From NCBI GenBank assembly GCA_040389905.1, contig JAZJZK010000015.1, positions 1 to 64,000 of the forward strand: a DNA stretch of 64,000 bases, given 5' to 3'. A program made the translations under genes and the position numbers. Below the pieces are notes generated by a model. The model had not been told where the DNA came from. It saw only the letters and a program-made list of their open reading frames with translations, and did no database searches. Shown here one piece after another: positions 8,911 through 18,953 of the stretch (positions are counted from its first letter, which is position 1; each line of letters begins with the position of its first letter). The stretch is from Gemmatimonadota bacterium. GTDB taxonomy: Bacteria; Gemmatimonadota; Gemmatimonadetes; Gemmatimonadales; Gemmatimonadaceae.

Positions 8911-11076
8911 ATGATGAAACAGCTACTCTACGCGTCGACGATTGGCCTCCTGATTTCATGGCAGAACGCCGCTGGACAGAACGATCGCGCAAAGGCCGTG
9001 TCTCTCGACGTGGCTGCACCCGCGGTACAGCAACTGAAGTCCTCCTACTTCGGAACGGACTACTACGGCGGCGCGGTTGAGGGCGACAAGCTCCTTGCGC
9101 AGTATCCAGCGTCGCGTGCTCTCGCCGCCTGGCGCGTCGCGAATCTTGTGAGAAGTGGGCGGCCGAGGGAGGCGCAAGCGGCCGCGAAGGCACTGATGAC
9201 CGCGAATCCCAACGACCCATGGGGATGGTTCGCGCAGACGATTGTGGCCGAATTCTCGACTGACGGGAGTGCTCCGGGCGCGGTCCTCAAGTCGAGCCTG
9301 GAGGCCTACAGGCGGGCTCCAGACCATCCCGACATGATTTGGTTGCGCGCGATGGCGCTGTCGGGCAATCGGGAGCCCGCGCAGGCATTGGCGCTCATCG
9401 ATTCGGTAGCATCCCGTGGACCGTTACCGCAGGAGTTGCTGGTCCTCAAGGCAAATGCCACATTCGGCCTCGCGACGTCGACGCGGAAGCGGGACGATGC
9501 GATGGTGGACTCCGCATTTGCTCTCTACGCCCGCGCGAGGGCGAACGACCCGCAGGACGTCGCCGCACATGTGTTTGCTGCGAGCCGTATGATGAACGCC
9601 GGCCATCTGACCGATGTCTACGAATTGACAAAACGCGCGACGGAGATTGCTCCCCTTTCCCTGGTCGCACACGAGAACTATTGGCGTGCCATCGACGAGC
9701 TGAAACGTGGCTCACAGGCGCAGCGCGACTCCGAAGTGCTTGGCGATGTGGAGGCGCTCGTTCGTCGTCGCGGCGACGATGCGACCGTCCTCACCAGCGC
9801 CGCCGCCCAGTTCGCGCAGCGCAAGCTTCCGGAGCGCGCACGCGCGCTCGAGGATCGAATCCTTGCCGAACACCCGAACTCGTACACGGCAGAGTGGACG
9901 TACGTATCGCGCTATCGCACACTACGCACCCTTCAGCTCGATACCACGCATCACGATTCGACCCTCACGCCGCGATACACGCGCGCGCTCTGGTCATTCG
10001 TGGAGCTCCCGGTTCACAACAGCGACCGCATGCTCGGGGATGCCTACCGGGAACTCTTTCGGCTCAGCGACTCGACGACCAATGCAGATACGCTGCTGCG
10101 GATCGTTCGAGGCATGGTGAAATACGAAGGCATCAACCCGCATGTCGTCTATGCGGACGGTGCCATTCGCCTCGCGGAGCGTGGGCGCGATTTCAAGGAG
10201 GCCGAGCAGATCGCACGCCAGGGGATCAAGGAGGGCAAGGCGAAGATCGACTTGCAGAAGGCGAGCTACGAGACCGTCGGCGACTACGCCAAGGCCGTAG
10301 ACTGGATGTCTGCCTTCATGTACAACGCTCTGGGAATCATCTACCTGCGCCAGAACCGTCTCGTCGACGCGGAGAAGCAATTCACGCACGCGCGAGAGCT
10401 GGACCCACAGAGTGTCAGGGCTTTCTACCAGCTCGGCGTCATGGCGGAGAAGCGTGGACGCCAGGCGGAGGCGGAGCAATTGTACATGAAAGGATCACTG
10501 CTTTCGACGATGGGGCCAAATCCGAACAAGGACGCATTGAAGGCTGCATACAGGAAACGAACAGGATCACTCGACGGGTACGAGAACTATCTCGGTTCGA
10601 TCGAGGAGATCGACAGAGGGAACAGGAAGTCCGAGGTTGCCAAGTCGCGAGCGAAGACGGCGGTGCCGATGAAGGCGTTTCAGCTCACGACGCTCGATGG
10701 GAAGGTCGTGACGCTCGATAGTCTTCGGGGAAAGGCCGCCGTGATCAATGCGTGGGGCATGTGGTGCGGGCCGTGCGTCGCCGAGATGCCAGAGCTTCAG
10801 AAGCTCGCGACGCAGTATGCCTCGGATACGGCGGTGACAATTCTCACCATCGACAATGATGCGAATACCGATGCGCTGAGAAGCTGGATGCAGAAGAAGG
10901 GCTACACGTTTCCGACGCTACTGGACGACGGCTACCTGATGCGCGTGAACATGCACTCGTTTCCGACCACGTGGTTCCTGGATCGTCAGGGCCGAGTAGC
11001 GTTCACAAAGACTGGGTGGAGTGAGAAGCTGGTCGAGGAGTTCGGGTGGCGCATCGAAATGGTGAAGGCGCCATGA
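8911..11076 (+). CDS. Exported TPR-repeat protein with a C-terminal TlpA-like thioredoxin domain (paralog of 4634..6904)
   Basis: Signal peptide, TPR motifs, INAWGMWCGPCVAEMP and FPTTWFLDRQG. Confidence 0.85.
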   Translation: MMKQLLYASTIGLLISWQNAAGQNDRAKAVSLDVAAPAVQQLKSSYFGTDYYGGAVEGDKLLAQYPASRALAAWRVANLVRSGRPREAQAAAKALMTANPNDPWGWFAQTIVAEFSTDGSAPGAVLKSSLEAYRRAPDHPDMIWLRAMALSGNREPAQALALIDSVASRGPLPQELLVLKANATFGLATSTRKRDDAMVDSAFALYARARANDPQDVAAHVFAASRMMNAGHLTDVYELTKRATEIAPLSLVAHENYWRAIDELKRGSQAQRDSEVLGDVEALVRRRGDDATVLTSAAAQFAQRKLPERARALEDRILAEHPNSYTAEWTYVSRYRTLRTLQLDTTHHDSTLTPRYTRALWSFVELPVHNSDRMLGDAYRELFRLSDSTTNADTLLRIVRGMVKYEGINPHVVYADGAIRLAERGRDFKEAEQIARQGIKEGKAKIDLQKASYETVGDYAKAVDWMSAFMYNALGIIYLRQNRLVDAEKQFTHARELDPQSVRAFYQLGVMAEKRGRQAEAEQLYMKGSLLSTMGPNPNKDALKAAYRKRTGSLDGYENYLGSIEEIDRGNRKSEVAKSRAKTAVPMKAFQLTTLDGKVVTLDSLRGKAAVINAWGMWCGPCVAEMPELQKLATQYASDTAVTILTIDNDANTDALRSWMQKKGYTFPTLLDDGYLMRVNMHSFPTTWFLDRQGRVAFTKTGWSEKLVEEFGWRIEMVKAP

Positions 11077-12125
11077 GCACATTGGCACGCGTCATGCTCG
11101 CCGCAGCGCTGCTTCTCGTTGGCACGGGAGAGGCGAATGGACAGGCTGCCGTATCACGCTGGTATCGCGGCAATACACACACGCACACACTGAACACCGA
11201 CGGTGACAGCCCGCCAGACGTTGTGGTGCGTTGGTATCGGGAGCATGGCTATCAGTTCCTGTTCATCACGGACCACGAGTTCATCACCGACGTTGGGCCG
11301 CTGAATCAGCTCTTTGGCGCGGCGGGCAAGTTTCTCGTCATCTCCGCGCAGGAGGTCACGCAGCGAGTCGCGGATGCGTCTCACCCCGAAAAGATGCGTC
11401 AGGCCCACGTGAACGCGCTCGGCGTAACGCGCGTGATCATGCCGCTCGGCGAGCGCACCATCGCCACCGGTACGACCGTTGGTGCGACGTACGCCCGCAA
11501 CCTCCCGTTGATTCGCGCGGCGGGCGGTATTCCACAGGTGAATCATCCGAATTTCAGGTGGTCCGTTCCGCTGTCGGAGATGTTGGGGCTGCCCGACTCC
11601 ATGCTGTTCGAAGTGTGGAACGGGCATCCGCTCGTGCACAATCTCGGAGGCACGGATTCGCTCGGACGCTACATGCCGTCGACGGAGGCCCTCTGGGACT
11701 CGCTGCTCACGCGTGGGAAGTATTTGATGGCGGTCGCCGACGACGACAGCCACAGCTATCACCCGGAAGACGCGGAGAAAGCCGACTTGGCGCGGCCGGG
11801 TCGTGGGTGGATCATGGTGCGCGCCGACACCCTGACGCCGGAGTCGATTCTTCGTGCGCTTGGGCGCGGTGAGTTCTATGCGACGAACGGCGTCACGCTG
11901 CGCGATTATCGAGTCGTTGGGCGTGAGATCCGCGTGGATGTCGCGCAGTTCAGCGACAATCGATTCCTGACGGAATTCATTGGGCGCGAAGGCAGGGTGC
12001 TCGCATCCTCCACGGCGCTCAAGGCGCGCTACACGATCAAGGGCGATGAAGGGTACGTGCGCGCGCGTGTCACCGATTCGATGGGGCGGCGCGCGTGGAT
12101 GCAGCCGGTGCGCGTCGCCCCATAA
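11073..12125 (+). CDS. Exported PHP-domain (CehA/McbA-like) metallohydrolase
   Basis: GNTHTHT, ITDH, NHP and DDDSH metal-ligand motifs; signal peptide; ATGA overlap with the upstream gene. Confidence 0.8.
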   Translation: MSTLARVMLAAALLLVGTGEANGQAAVSRWYRGNTHTHTLNTDGDSPPDVVVRWYREHGYQFLFITDHEFITDVGPLNQLFGAAGKFLVISAQEVTQRVADASHPEKMRQAHVNALGVTRVIMPLGERTIATGTTVGATYARNLPLIRAAGGIPQVNHPNFRWSVPLSEMLGLPDSMLFEVWNGHPLVHNLGGTDSLGRYMPSTEALWDSLLTRGKYLMAVADDDSHSYHPEDAEKADLARPGRGWIMVRADTLTPESILRALGRGEFYATNGVTLRDYRVVGREIRVDVAQFSDNRFLTEFIGREGRVLASSTALKARYTIKGDEGYVRARVTDSMGRRAWMQPVRVAP

Positions 12126-12128
12126 ATT

Positions 12129-12998
12129 CTACAACTTCACGAGTTCGGTGTACGTCTCTGGCCGTCGATCGCGGAAGAACTGCCAGGTGTTTCGTACCTG
12201 CTTGATGACGTCGAGATCGAGATCCGCGACGATGAGCTCATCCTGGTCGCGCGTACCGACGGCCAGCATCTGCCCGCGTGGATCGCAGAAGTAGCTCTGC
12301 CCGTAAAACTCGCCGATGTTCCACGGCGCTTCGGTGCCGACGCGATTGATGGCGCCGACGAAGTAACCATTGGCCACCGCGTGCGCGGGCTGCTCGAGCT
12401 TCCAGAGGTACTCCGACAATCCAGCAACGGTCGCTGATGGATTGAAGACAATTTCCGCACCGTTGAGCCCAAGTGCGCGCGCGCCCTCAGGGAAGTGGCG
12501 ATCGTAGCAGATGTACACGCCGACCTTCGCGTACTTCGTTTGAAACACGGGATAGCCAAGGTTGCCGGGCTTGAAGTAGTACTTCTCCCAGAAGCCCGGC
12601 GCGACCTGCGGAATGTGGTTCTTGCGATACTTGCCGAGGTAGGTGCCGTCGGCATCGATGACCGCGGCGGTGTTGTAGTACACGCCGGTCGATTCCACCT
12701 CGTACAGGGGAACGATGATGACCATGCCGTATTTCTTCGCCGTCTCCTGCATGAGCTTCGTGGTCGGGCCATCCGGAATGGCTTCCGTTGCCTCATACCA
12801 CCTGGGGGTCTGCTCCGCGCAGAAGTAGGGACCGGTGAAGATCTCCTGCATGCAGAGGATCTGGACGCCCTGCGCACCGGCCTTGTCGATGAACGCCATG
12901 TGCTTATCGACATTGGCTTGACGGATTTGTTCGATGGGCGCACTCGTGTCGATGGCATTGGATGCCTGAATGAGTCCGCATTTGACTATGTGAGCCAC
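12129..12998 (-). CDS. Beta-ureidopropionase (nitrilase-family carbon-nitrogen hydrolase)
   Basis: QEIFTGPYFC, YRKNHIP, ICYDRHFPE (E-K-C triad); GTG start with AGAGGA RBS; lies in the pyrimidine operon. Confidence 0.85.
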   Translation of the reverse strand: MAHIVKCGLIQASNAIDTSAPIEQIRQANVDKHMAFIDKAGAQGVQILCMQEIFTGPYFCAEQTPRWYEATEAIPDGPTTKLMQETAKKYGMVIIVPLYEVESTGVYYNTAAVIDADGTYLGKYRKNHIPQVAPGFWEKYYFKPGNLGYPVFQTKYAKVGVYICYDRHFPEGARALGLNGAEIVFNPSATVAGLSEYLWKLEQPAHAVANGYFVGAINRVGTEAPWNIGEFYGQSYFCDPRGQMLAVGTRDQDELIVADLDLDVIKQVRNTWQFFRDRRPETYTELVKL

Positions 12999-13060
12999 GA
13001 TTCCTCTTATAGTTTCGAGTCCCAAGCGACGGCTGAATTCACACTGCCGAAGCTCTATTC

Positions 13061-13098
13061 ATGAAACAGATTTGACGGATTCAATCTTGCTTCATTGT
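13061..13098. repeat. Short, degenerate copy of repeat family B
   Basis: ATGAAACAGATT..CGGAT..AATCTTGCTTCATTGT resembles the ends of the 59691-59797 element. Confidence 0.45.
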
Positions 13099-13102
13099 CA
13101 GT

Positions 13103-14614
13103 TCATGCAGTTATCGATGCCTTGTGGCCACGCATCAGAAATGTGTAAATCACAAAGCTCAATCCAAATGTCACGAACCAGGCATACTGGTACAGCTGAT
13201 CCAGGAATCCGGGATCCGCAACGTTCCCACCGGGCGTCGTGGCCGCATGCCAGAATCCGGGAACAACGGGCAGCACTCCCAGCACCAGCGCGATGATTGC
13301 GGCAGGATTCCAACCGCCCTTGTATGAGTAGATGCCGTTCTCGAGGAACAGGTCGCGGAGGGACAACTGTTGGCGCCGAATGATCCAGTAATCAGCGATG
13401 AGAATGCCGCCAAGTGCGCCCATGAGGCTCGAGTAGCCAAGGAGCCAGGTGAAGATGTAGGCGCCGGCATCGGAGTAGAGCTTCCATGGCATCATCAACA
13501 CGCCAATGACCGCTGTGATCAAGCCGCCGGCGACATAGCTGATGCGACGCGGACTCAGGTTCGAAAAGTCGTTTGATGGAGAGACGACATTCGCGGCCAT
13601 GTTCGTACTGATCTGGGCGAGCAACACGACGATCGTCGAGAAGAGAATCACTGCGGGGCCGCCGATCTTTCCGACCAGCACGACGGGATCCCAGATCGGC
13701 TCACCGAAAATCACGATCGTCGCACTCGTTACGGCCACACCAATGAATGCGAACGCGGTCATGGTCGTCGGAAGCCCCATCGCCTGACCGAGCATCTGTG
13801 ACTTCTGGCTCCGCGCGTAGCGGGTGAAGTCTGGGATGTTGAGGCTCAGTGTGGCCCAGTAGCCAACGTTTGCGGTAAGCGCGGCGGGGAACAGTGCCCA
13901 GAAGTTCGTGCCCTTGCCGCCCTGAAGACGGACGGACTCGTGCAGGATGTTCGACAACCCTCCGCCGCGCATGATTCCCCAACCCAGCAACGCCACGCCA
14001 CCGAGCAGGAGAACAGGCGCGGACCAGGCGCCGAGTACCTTGATCCCGTCAATGCCGCGAAGGATGATGACAACCTGGATTGCCCAGAAGATCGCGAATG
14101 AAATGGCAACGCCCGCCGACAGATCCGCCCACGCTGGCCACGCGGCAACGAGCAATGCGTTGAGGGCGAGAGCGCCGATCCATGTCTGAATGCCGAACCA
14201 GCCACACGCTACGACAGCACGCAATATAGCGGCGACGTTCGCGCCCTTGGTTCCGAATGCCGCTCGGCAGAGCACCGGAAACGAGATCCCATATTTCGTA
14301 CCCGCATGCGCATTCAACACCATCGGGATGAGCACGATGGTATTGCCGAGCAGGATGGTGACCATCGCTTGCCACCAGGTCATGCCCTGCGTCATCATCC
14401 CCGACGCCAGCGTGTACGTCGTGATGACGACGCTCATGCCGATCCACAGGGCGGCGATGTTATACGTGGACCACGTGCGCCGGTCGAGCGGTGTCGGCGC
14501 CAGATCCGGATTCCAGAGCGGGCTGTGCGAAAGATCCTCGTCGGTCGTCACGAAGTCGTTCGTGACGACATCCGGGTGATAAGGCGGTCCAGTGATGATC
14601 GTCTCGATTTTCAC
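13103..14614 (-). CDS. NCS1 family nucleobase:cation symporter (uracil/allantoin-type)
   Basis: GTKYGISFPVLCRAAFG, GWFGIQTWIG, WATLSLNIPDFTRY; GTG start overlapping the hydantoinase stop. Confidence 0.9.
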   Translation of the reverse strand: MKIETIITGPPYHPDVVTNDFVTTDEDLSHSPLWNPDLAPTPLDRRTWSTYNIAALWIGMSVVITTYTLASGMMTQGMTWWQAMVTILLGNTIVLIPMVLNAHAGTKYGISFPVLCRAAFGTKGANVAAILRAVVACGWFGIQTWIGALALNALLVAAWPAWADLSAGVAISFAIFWAIQVVIILRGIDGIKVLGAWSAPVLLLGGVALLGWGIMRGGGLSNILHESVRLQGGKGTNFWALFPAALTANVGYWATLSLNIPDFTRYARSQKSQMLGQAMGLPTTMTAFAFIGVAVTSATIVIFGEPIWDPVVLVGKIGGPAVILFSTIVVLLAQISTNMAANVVSPSNDFSNLSPRRISYVAGGLITAVIGVLMMPWKLYSDAGAYIFTWLLGYSSLMGALGGILIADYWIIRRQQLSLRDLFLENGIYSYKGGWNPAAIIALVLGVLPVVPGFWHAATTPGGNVADPGFLDQLYQYAWFVTFGLSFVIYTFLMRGHKASITA

Positions 14615-16011
14615 GGCCGTCCTCCCGCGAGACCGGCGGACGTTCTCGGAAGCCATTGGCCCCGGCCTTCCTTACCGACGACCTTGTAGTCATCGACGAT
14701 GACCTCGCCACGTGACAATGTCGTGCGCGAGAAGCCGGCAAGCTCCCATCCTTCGAACGGAGACCAATCAGCGCCGCCCTCCATCTCGCTCGGCGTGACT
14801 GTCAGCGTGCGCGTCGGGTGAATAATCGCCAGGTCCGCGTCGGCGCCGATGGCGATCGAACCTTTCTTCGGCGCGAGCCCCATGATCCTGGCCGGATTGG
14901 TGCTGAGCTTCGCGCACATTTCGTCGAGCGTCAACTTTCCCTCGAGCACGCCCTTCGTGTACGTCAGCGGCATCAATGTTTCGAGACCAGGCATGCCCAT
15001 CGGGATCTTCGTCCAGTCACCTTCCCACATGGCCTTCTGTTCGCGCGTGAAGGTGCACGTGTCCGTCGAGATGACGGAGACCTCGCCGTTCTTCAATCCG
15101 CGCCAGAGCCGGTCAGAGTCCGCGGGCTTCTTGAGCTGCGGACAGCACGCGAACAGGTGTCCGTCCTCTCGAGAAAACACCGAGTCATCCAAAACGAGGT
15201 ACTGCACGCACGTCTCGGCAATCACCGGCACGCCTCGGCCCTGCGCCGCCCGGATGATGTCGGTGCCTTCGGCGGTGGACATGTGGACGATGTAGAGCTG
15301 TCCGCCCGTTACCTCACTCCACTGCACGACGCGCTGGATTGCTTCCGCTTCGATGAAGTTCGGACGGGTGATCGCGTGCAGCACCGCTCCATGCTGCTTC
15401 ATCAGTTCTGGCGTATGGTGCCGAGCGATGAGTTCGTCGAGCACGCGCGAAGACTCCGCGTGCACGAGCAGCATGGCGCCATGTTCCTTCATACGCTCGA
15501 GCGTTCCGAACAGGGCGCGGTCGTCGGATTGCCACCCTTCCGACTCGTAGATCATGAACTCCTTGAAGGTGGTGAAGCCGCGCTCCACCATCCCCGCGAT
15601 CTGATCCTTGTGTTCGTTGTAGCGGGTGATGCAGATGTGAAACGTATAATCGATCAGCGACTTGCCTTCCGCCTTCTTCATCCAGGTGTCCGCGGCTTCG
15701 CTCAGTGACCCGGTGGCGCTGGGAATCGCGAAGTCGATGACGGTCGTGACGCCGCCACGTGCGCCGGCTCTCGTTCCCGTGCGATAGTCGTCCGCCGAGA
15801 CGGTGCCGCAGAATGGCAACTCGAGGTGGACGTGAACGTCGAGGACGCCGGGGATCACATGATGTCCCGTTGCGTCGATGACGTCGGCGCTTCCTGTGTC
15901 GAGGTTCGCTCCAAGCGCGGCAATCTTCTCCCCGACAATGCCTACGTCGCCAATGAACGTTCCGCCTGGGGTCACGACATTCCCGTTCCGGACTATTCGA
16001 TCAAATTTCAT
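14611..16011 (-). CDS. hydA: Dihydropyrimidinase (D-hydantoinase)
   Basis: PGVLDVHVHL, GGVTTVIDF, VHAE, IVHMS and STNPARIMG motifs. Confidence 0.9.
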   Translation of the reverse strand: MKFDRIVRNGNVVTPGGTFIGDVGIVGEKIAALGANLDTGSADVIDATGHHVIPGVLDVHVHLELPFCGTVSADDYRTGTRAGARGGVTTVIDFAIPSATGSLSEAADTWMKKAEGKSLIDYTFHICITRYNEHKDQIAGMVERGFTTFKEFMIYESEGWQSDDRALFGTLERMKEHGAMLLVHAESSRVLDELIARHHTPELMKQHGAVLHAITRPNFIEAEAIQRVVQWSEVTGGQLYIVHMSTAEGTDIIRAAQGRGVPVIAETCVQYLVLDDSVFSREDGHLFACCPQLKKPADSDRLWRGLKNGEVSVISTDTCTFTREQKAMWEGDWTKIPMGMPGLETLMPLTYTKGVLEGKLTLDEMCAKLSTNPARIMGLAPKKGSIAIGADADLAIIHPTRTLTVTPSEMEGGADWSPFEGWELAGFSRTTLSRGEVIVDDYKVVGKEGRGQWLPRTSAGLAGGRP

Positions 16012-16037
16012 CTCGAGTTCCTTCGAGGTAAGGGCAG

Positions 16038-16137
16038 TGAACGCGGATTGAGCGGATGGAGCGGATAAGTTCTGATAAAAAGCCTTCGCAGTTGCCGTAT
16101 CAGATGTGATCCGCCCAATCCGCTCAATCCGCGTTCA
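16038..16137. repeat. REPIN-like inverted repeat pair, family B (CGGAT-rich)
   Basis: TGAACGCGGATTGAGCGGATGGAGCGGAT (16038-16066) is inverted at ATCCGCCCAATCCGCTCAATCCGCGTTCA (16109-16137). Confidence 0.75.
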
Positions 16138-16166
16138 ACGAGAGCAATAGTGACCAGCGCGATGAA

Positions 16167-17528
16167 CTACCGACCACTCACTTGCTGAAGGGCGACATCA
16201 AGTGCCTCGAGCGCATAATCGACATCATCCGCGGTAATGCACATGGGCGGCTTGATGCGAAGCACATTGCCGTCGAGACCACCCTTTCCGACGAGAACAC
16301 TCATTTCCTTCAACGCCTCGAGGACGTCCAACGTCTGTTGCTTCGCGGGAGCCTTCGAACTACGATCCGATACCAGCTCGAGGCCGAGCATGAGCCCCAT
16401 GCCTCGGACGTCGCCAATCAGTGAGTGGGTTGCCTGCAGCTTTTGCAGGCCGGACTTGAAGCGCGCACCGAGCACGCGACAGTTCTCTTGCAGGCCGTCC
16501 TCGTCGATGATGTCGAGCACGGCGAGCCCCGCCGCCATCGAGACCGGGTTGTTCGCGTACGTGTTGAAGTGAATGCGCTGCGCGAGGGGCTTGGCGATTT
16601 CCATCCGCGTTGTCACCGCACCGATCGGCGCACCGTTACCAAGTCCCTTGGCCATGGTGACGAAGTCGGGGACGACGTCCCAGTTCTGGAAGCCCCAATA
16701 GTGCTCGCCTGTGCGGCCGAAGCCGGTCTGGACTTCGTCTGCGATGCAGAGACCACCGAACTCGCGGATGATCGCGTAGACCTCTTTCAGATAGTTCGGG
16801 GCACCGTACGTCACACCGCCGACGCCTTGCAGCGGTTCCGCGAGAAATGCGGCGACCTTGCCGGGAGTGGAGAAGCGAATGAGGTCGCGGATATCGGCCG
16901 CCGACATCGACGCGATCTCTTCCGGCGTGCCCTTGAATGGGCTCCGGTACGGATCGGGGTTCATGGCGTGATGGACGTGGCCGTCTCCACCGACCGGATA
17001 CTTCCACGTGCTGTGCGACGTAAGTCCCATCGCGCTAGGGCTGCCGCCGTGATATGCATTGCGCAGCGCGATGACGTCGTGATGGCCGGTATACAGGCGC
17101 GCCATCTGAATCGCGAGGTCGTTCGCCTCGCTTCCCGAGTTCGTGAAGTACGTGACGTCGAGACCCGGCGGCATCTTCGACGCCAGCTTCTTCGCAAGCA
17201 TCGGGAAGTTCGGATGCAGGTAGATCGTCGTCGCGTGCTGCAAGGTGCCGACCTGTTTCGTGACCCGCTGGACAAATTTGGGATGACAATGCCCGACGCT
17301 GACGGTCACGATTCCCGCGAGGCAGTCGAGATAGCGGCGGCCCGTTTCGTCGTAGAGGTACTGCATGTGCCCCTCGACGATGAGCAACGGCTCCTTGTAG
17401 ATCGTGTAGACGGCTGGGTTGGTGAATTGCTTCCGCATCGCGATGAGCTCTTCGCGGGGCGGGCCGTCGTAGGGGCGCGGGGTGTGGTCGGTGCGCGGGA
17501 GTTCAAGCTGTGGGGCAATCGTAGTCAT
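16167..17528 (-). CDS. Class III aminotransferase, probable beta-alanine/AGXT2-like
   Basis: NSGSEAND, YHG, IADEVQTGFGRTG and TMAKGLGNG (PLP lysine); operon context. Confidence 0.85.
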   Translation of the reverse strand: MTTIAPQLELPRTDHTPRPYDGPPREELIAMRKQFTNPAVYTIYKEPLLIVEGHMQYLYDETGRRYLDCLAGIVTVSVGHCHPKFVQRVTKQVGTLQHATTIYLHPNFPMLAKKLASKMPPGLDVTYFTNSGSEANDLAIQMARLYTGHHDVIALRNAYHGGSPSAMGLTSHSTWKYPVGGDGHVHHAMNPDPYRSPFKGTPEEIASMSAADIRDLIRFSTPGKVAAFLAEPLQGVGGVTYGAPNYLKEVYAIIREFGGLCIADEVQTGFGRTGEHYWGFQNWDVVPDFVTMAKGLGNGAPIGAVTTRMEIAKPLAQRIHFNTYANNPVSMAAGLAVLDIIDEDGLQENCRVLGARFKSGLQKLQATHSLIGDVRGMGLMLGLELVSDRSSKAPAKQQTLDVLEALKEMSVLVGKGGLDGNVLRIKPPMCITADDVDYALEALDVALQQVSGR

Positions 17529-17597
17529 CGAGACCTCTCAGGGCTTCGGCGAAACCGTGCAGGCTTCGGCGACAATGAAAATGCATTGGTCATTCTT

Positions 17598-17763
17598 ACC
17601 GCAGAGGGCGCGGAGGAGCAGAGGTACGCAGAGGAAAGCGTAACGGCAGGTGCAGACCCCTCGACTCGCTTCGCTCGCTCGGGGTGACATTACTGGCCGC
17701 GCTCCCGTTCGTTCGTCGCCTGCACTCCTCTGCGTTCCTCTGCGCCTCGGCGTCCTCTGCGGT
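17598..17763. repeat. REPIN-like inverted repeat pair, family C (ACCGCAGAG), with a nested family A REP
   Basis: ACCGCAGAGGGCGCGGAGG..GCAGAGGA (17598-17635) is inverted at 17726-17763; family A copy at 17648-17689 lies between the arms. Confidence 0.75.
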
Positions 17764-17804
17764 TCAAAAGAAAGGTCGAATGCCGAAACTTCTGACCTCG
17801 GTGA

Positions 17805-18938
17805 TCAGGCCACAACCTCGCTAGAATCTGGAACCGCATACCCCTCAACCGGCTCGTATCCACCCTGATAGGAATCTCCCGCTGGCCGGCGGATCGCCGA
17901 CTGCGAAACCACGCGATCGCGGCGCGCACCACGGAAATCCTCGATACACGTCCAGCCCTTCGACGCGTTCCGTTCGAGGAACGCATCCAGCCCCTCGTTC
18001 AATCGCTTGATGACATTCGGGCCGATCGCCGAGTCGAGCATCGCGGCGGTGCAAACCTGAACGGTGCCAGCGCCAAGCAGGAAGTACGAGAGTGCCTGTG
18101 AGAAATCAGAGACACCACCGATGGCCGAGAATGCCTTGTCGGGAAACGCCTGCGTCATCTTTGCCATGTTGGCGAGCGACATCGGAAGGATCGCAGGGCC
18201 ACCGAGTCCACCGCTCGACACGAGGCCATCGACGTTGATCTCGAATTCGAGCGTCTCGGGGTCGATCAGCGGGAGCGACGGGAAGGTATTCGATGACACG
18301 ATCGCATCCGCGCCGCCGCGGAAGCAGGCCGCCGCTTCCTCGACGATATCCTGCGTTGCGGGCGTGAGCTTGGTCCAGACGGGAATCTTCGCGACGTCCT
18401 TTACCGCTTCTGTGACTGTCGAGCAGAGGACCATGTCCTTGCCAATGTTGGAGCCCATGTCCTTTCGGTCCATGTGCGGGCAGGAGAAGTTGAGCTCGAG
18501 CCCGTCGGCTCCCGCATCCTGGCAGCCCTCGGCCAGCGTCTGCCACGCCTTGTGCTCCTTGTCGCTGCCGGAGCCCGCCATGATCGAGGCGATCACCACC
18601 TTGGTCGGATGCGCCTCCTTGAACTTCCGGATCTTGGGCATCCACCAGTCGAGCCCCTTGTCGGAGATCAACTCCCAGTTCCACGAGCCATGAAGCGCCG
18701 CACCGGGCTGCTTCTTCATCGACACGCGATTGTCTTCGGCGGACGTGCGAAAAAACTTCGTCCGTGCGCCGACGACGTTCACGACCGGATGGAGGCCGAT
18801 CGTCTTGACCACGACGCCGCCCCATCCGGAGTCGAACGCACGCATGATGTTGTTCTCCGACTCCGTCGGTGGAGCCGACGAGAGCAGGAACGGATTCTCG
18901 AACTTGATGCCTGTGAATGTGACGGATCGGTCAGCCAT
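17805..18938 (-). CDS. preA: Dihydropyrimidine dehydrogenase FMN subunit (PreA/PydA-like) lacking the C-terminal ferredoxin domain
   Basis: NPFLLSSAPPT, GWGGVVVKT, NWELISD, LELNFSCPH, KLTP and VQVCTA motifs; no CxxCxxCxxxC after the barrel. Confidence 0.8.
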   Translation of the reverse strand: MADRSVTFTGIKFENPFLLSSAPPTESENNIMRAFDSGWGGVVVKTIGLHPVVNVVGARTKFFRTSAEDNRVSMKKQPGAALHGSWNWELISDKGLDWWMPKIRKFKEAHPTKVVIASIMAGSGSDKEHKAWQTLAEGCQDAGADGLELNFSCPHMDRKDMGSNIGKDMVLCSTVTEAVKDVAKIPVWTKLTPATQDIVEEAAACFRGGADAIVSSNTFPSLPLIDPETLEFEINVDGLVSSGGLGGPAILPMSLANMAKMTQAFPDKAFSAIGGVSDFSQALSYFLLGAGTVQVCTAAMLDSAIGPNVIKRLNEGLDAFLERNASKGWTCIEDFRGARRDRVVSQSAIRRPAGDSYQGGYEPVEGYAVPDSSEVVA

Positions 18939-18953
18939 GTGGGTCGAGCCTCC

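Noticed and set aside
9339..10721. Long alternative-frame ORFs (also 16425..17687, 33535..34830, 45922..47079, 60100..61197)
   Set aside because: Arg/Gly-rich or antisense shadows of well-supported genes, as expected in high-GC DNA.
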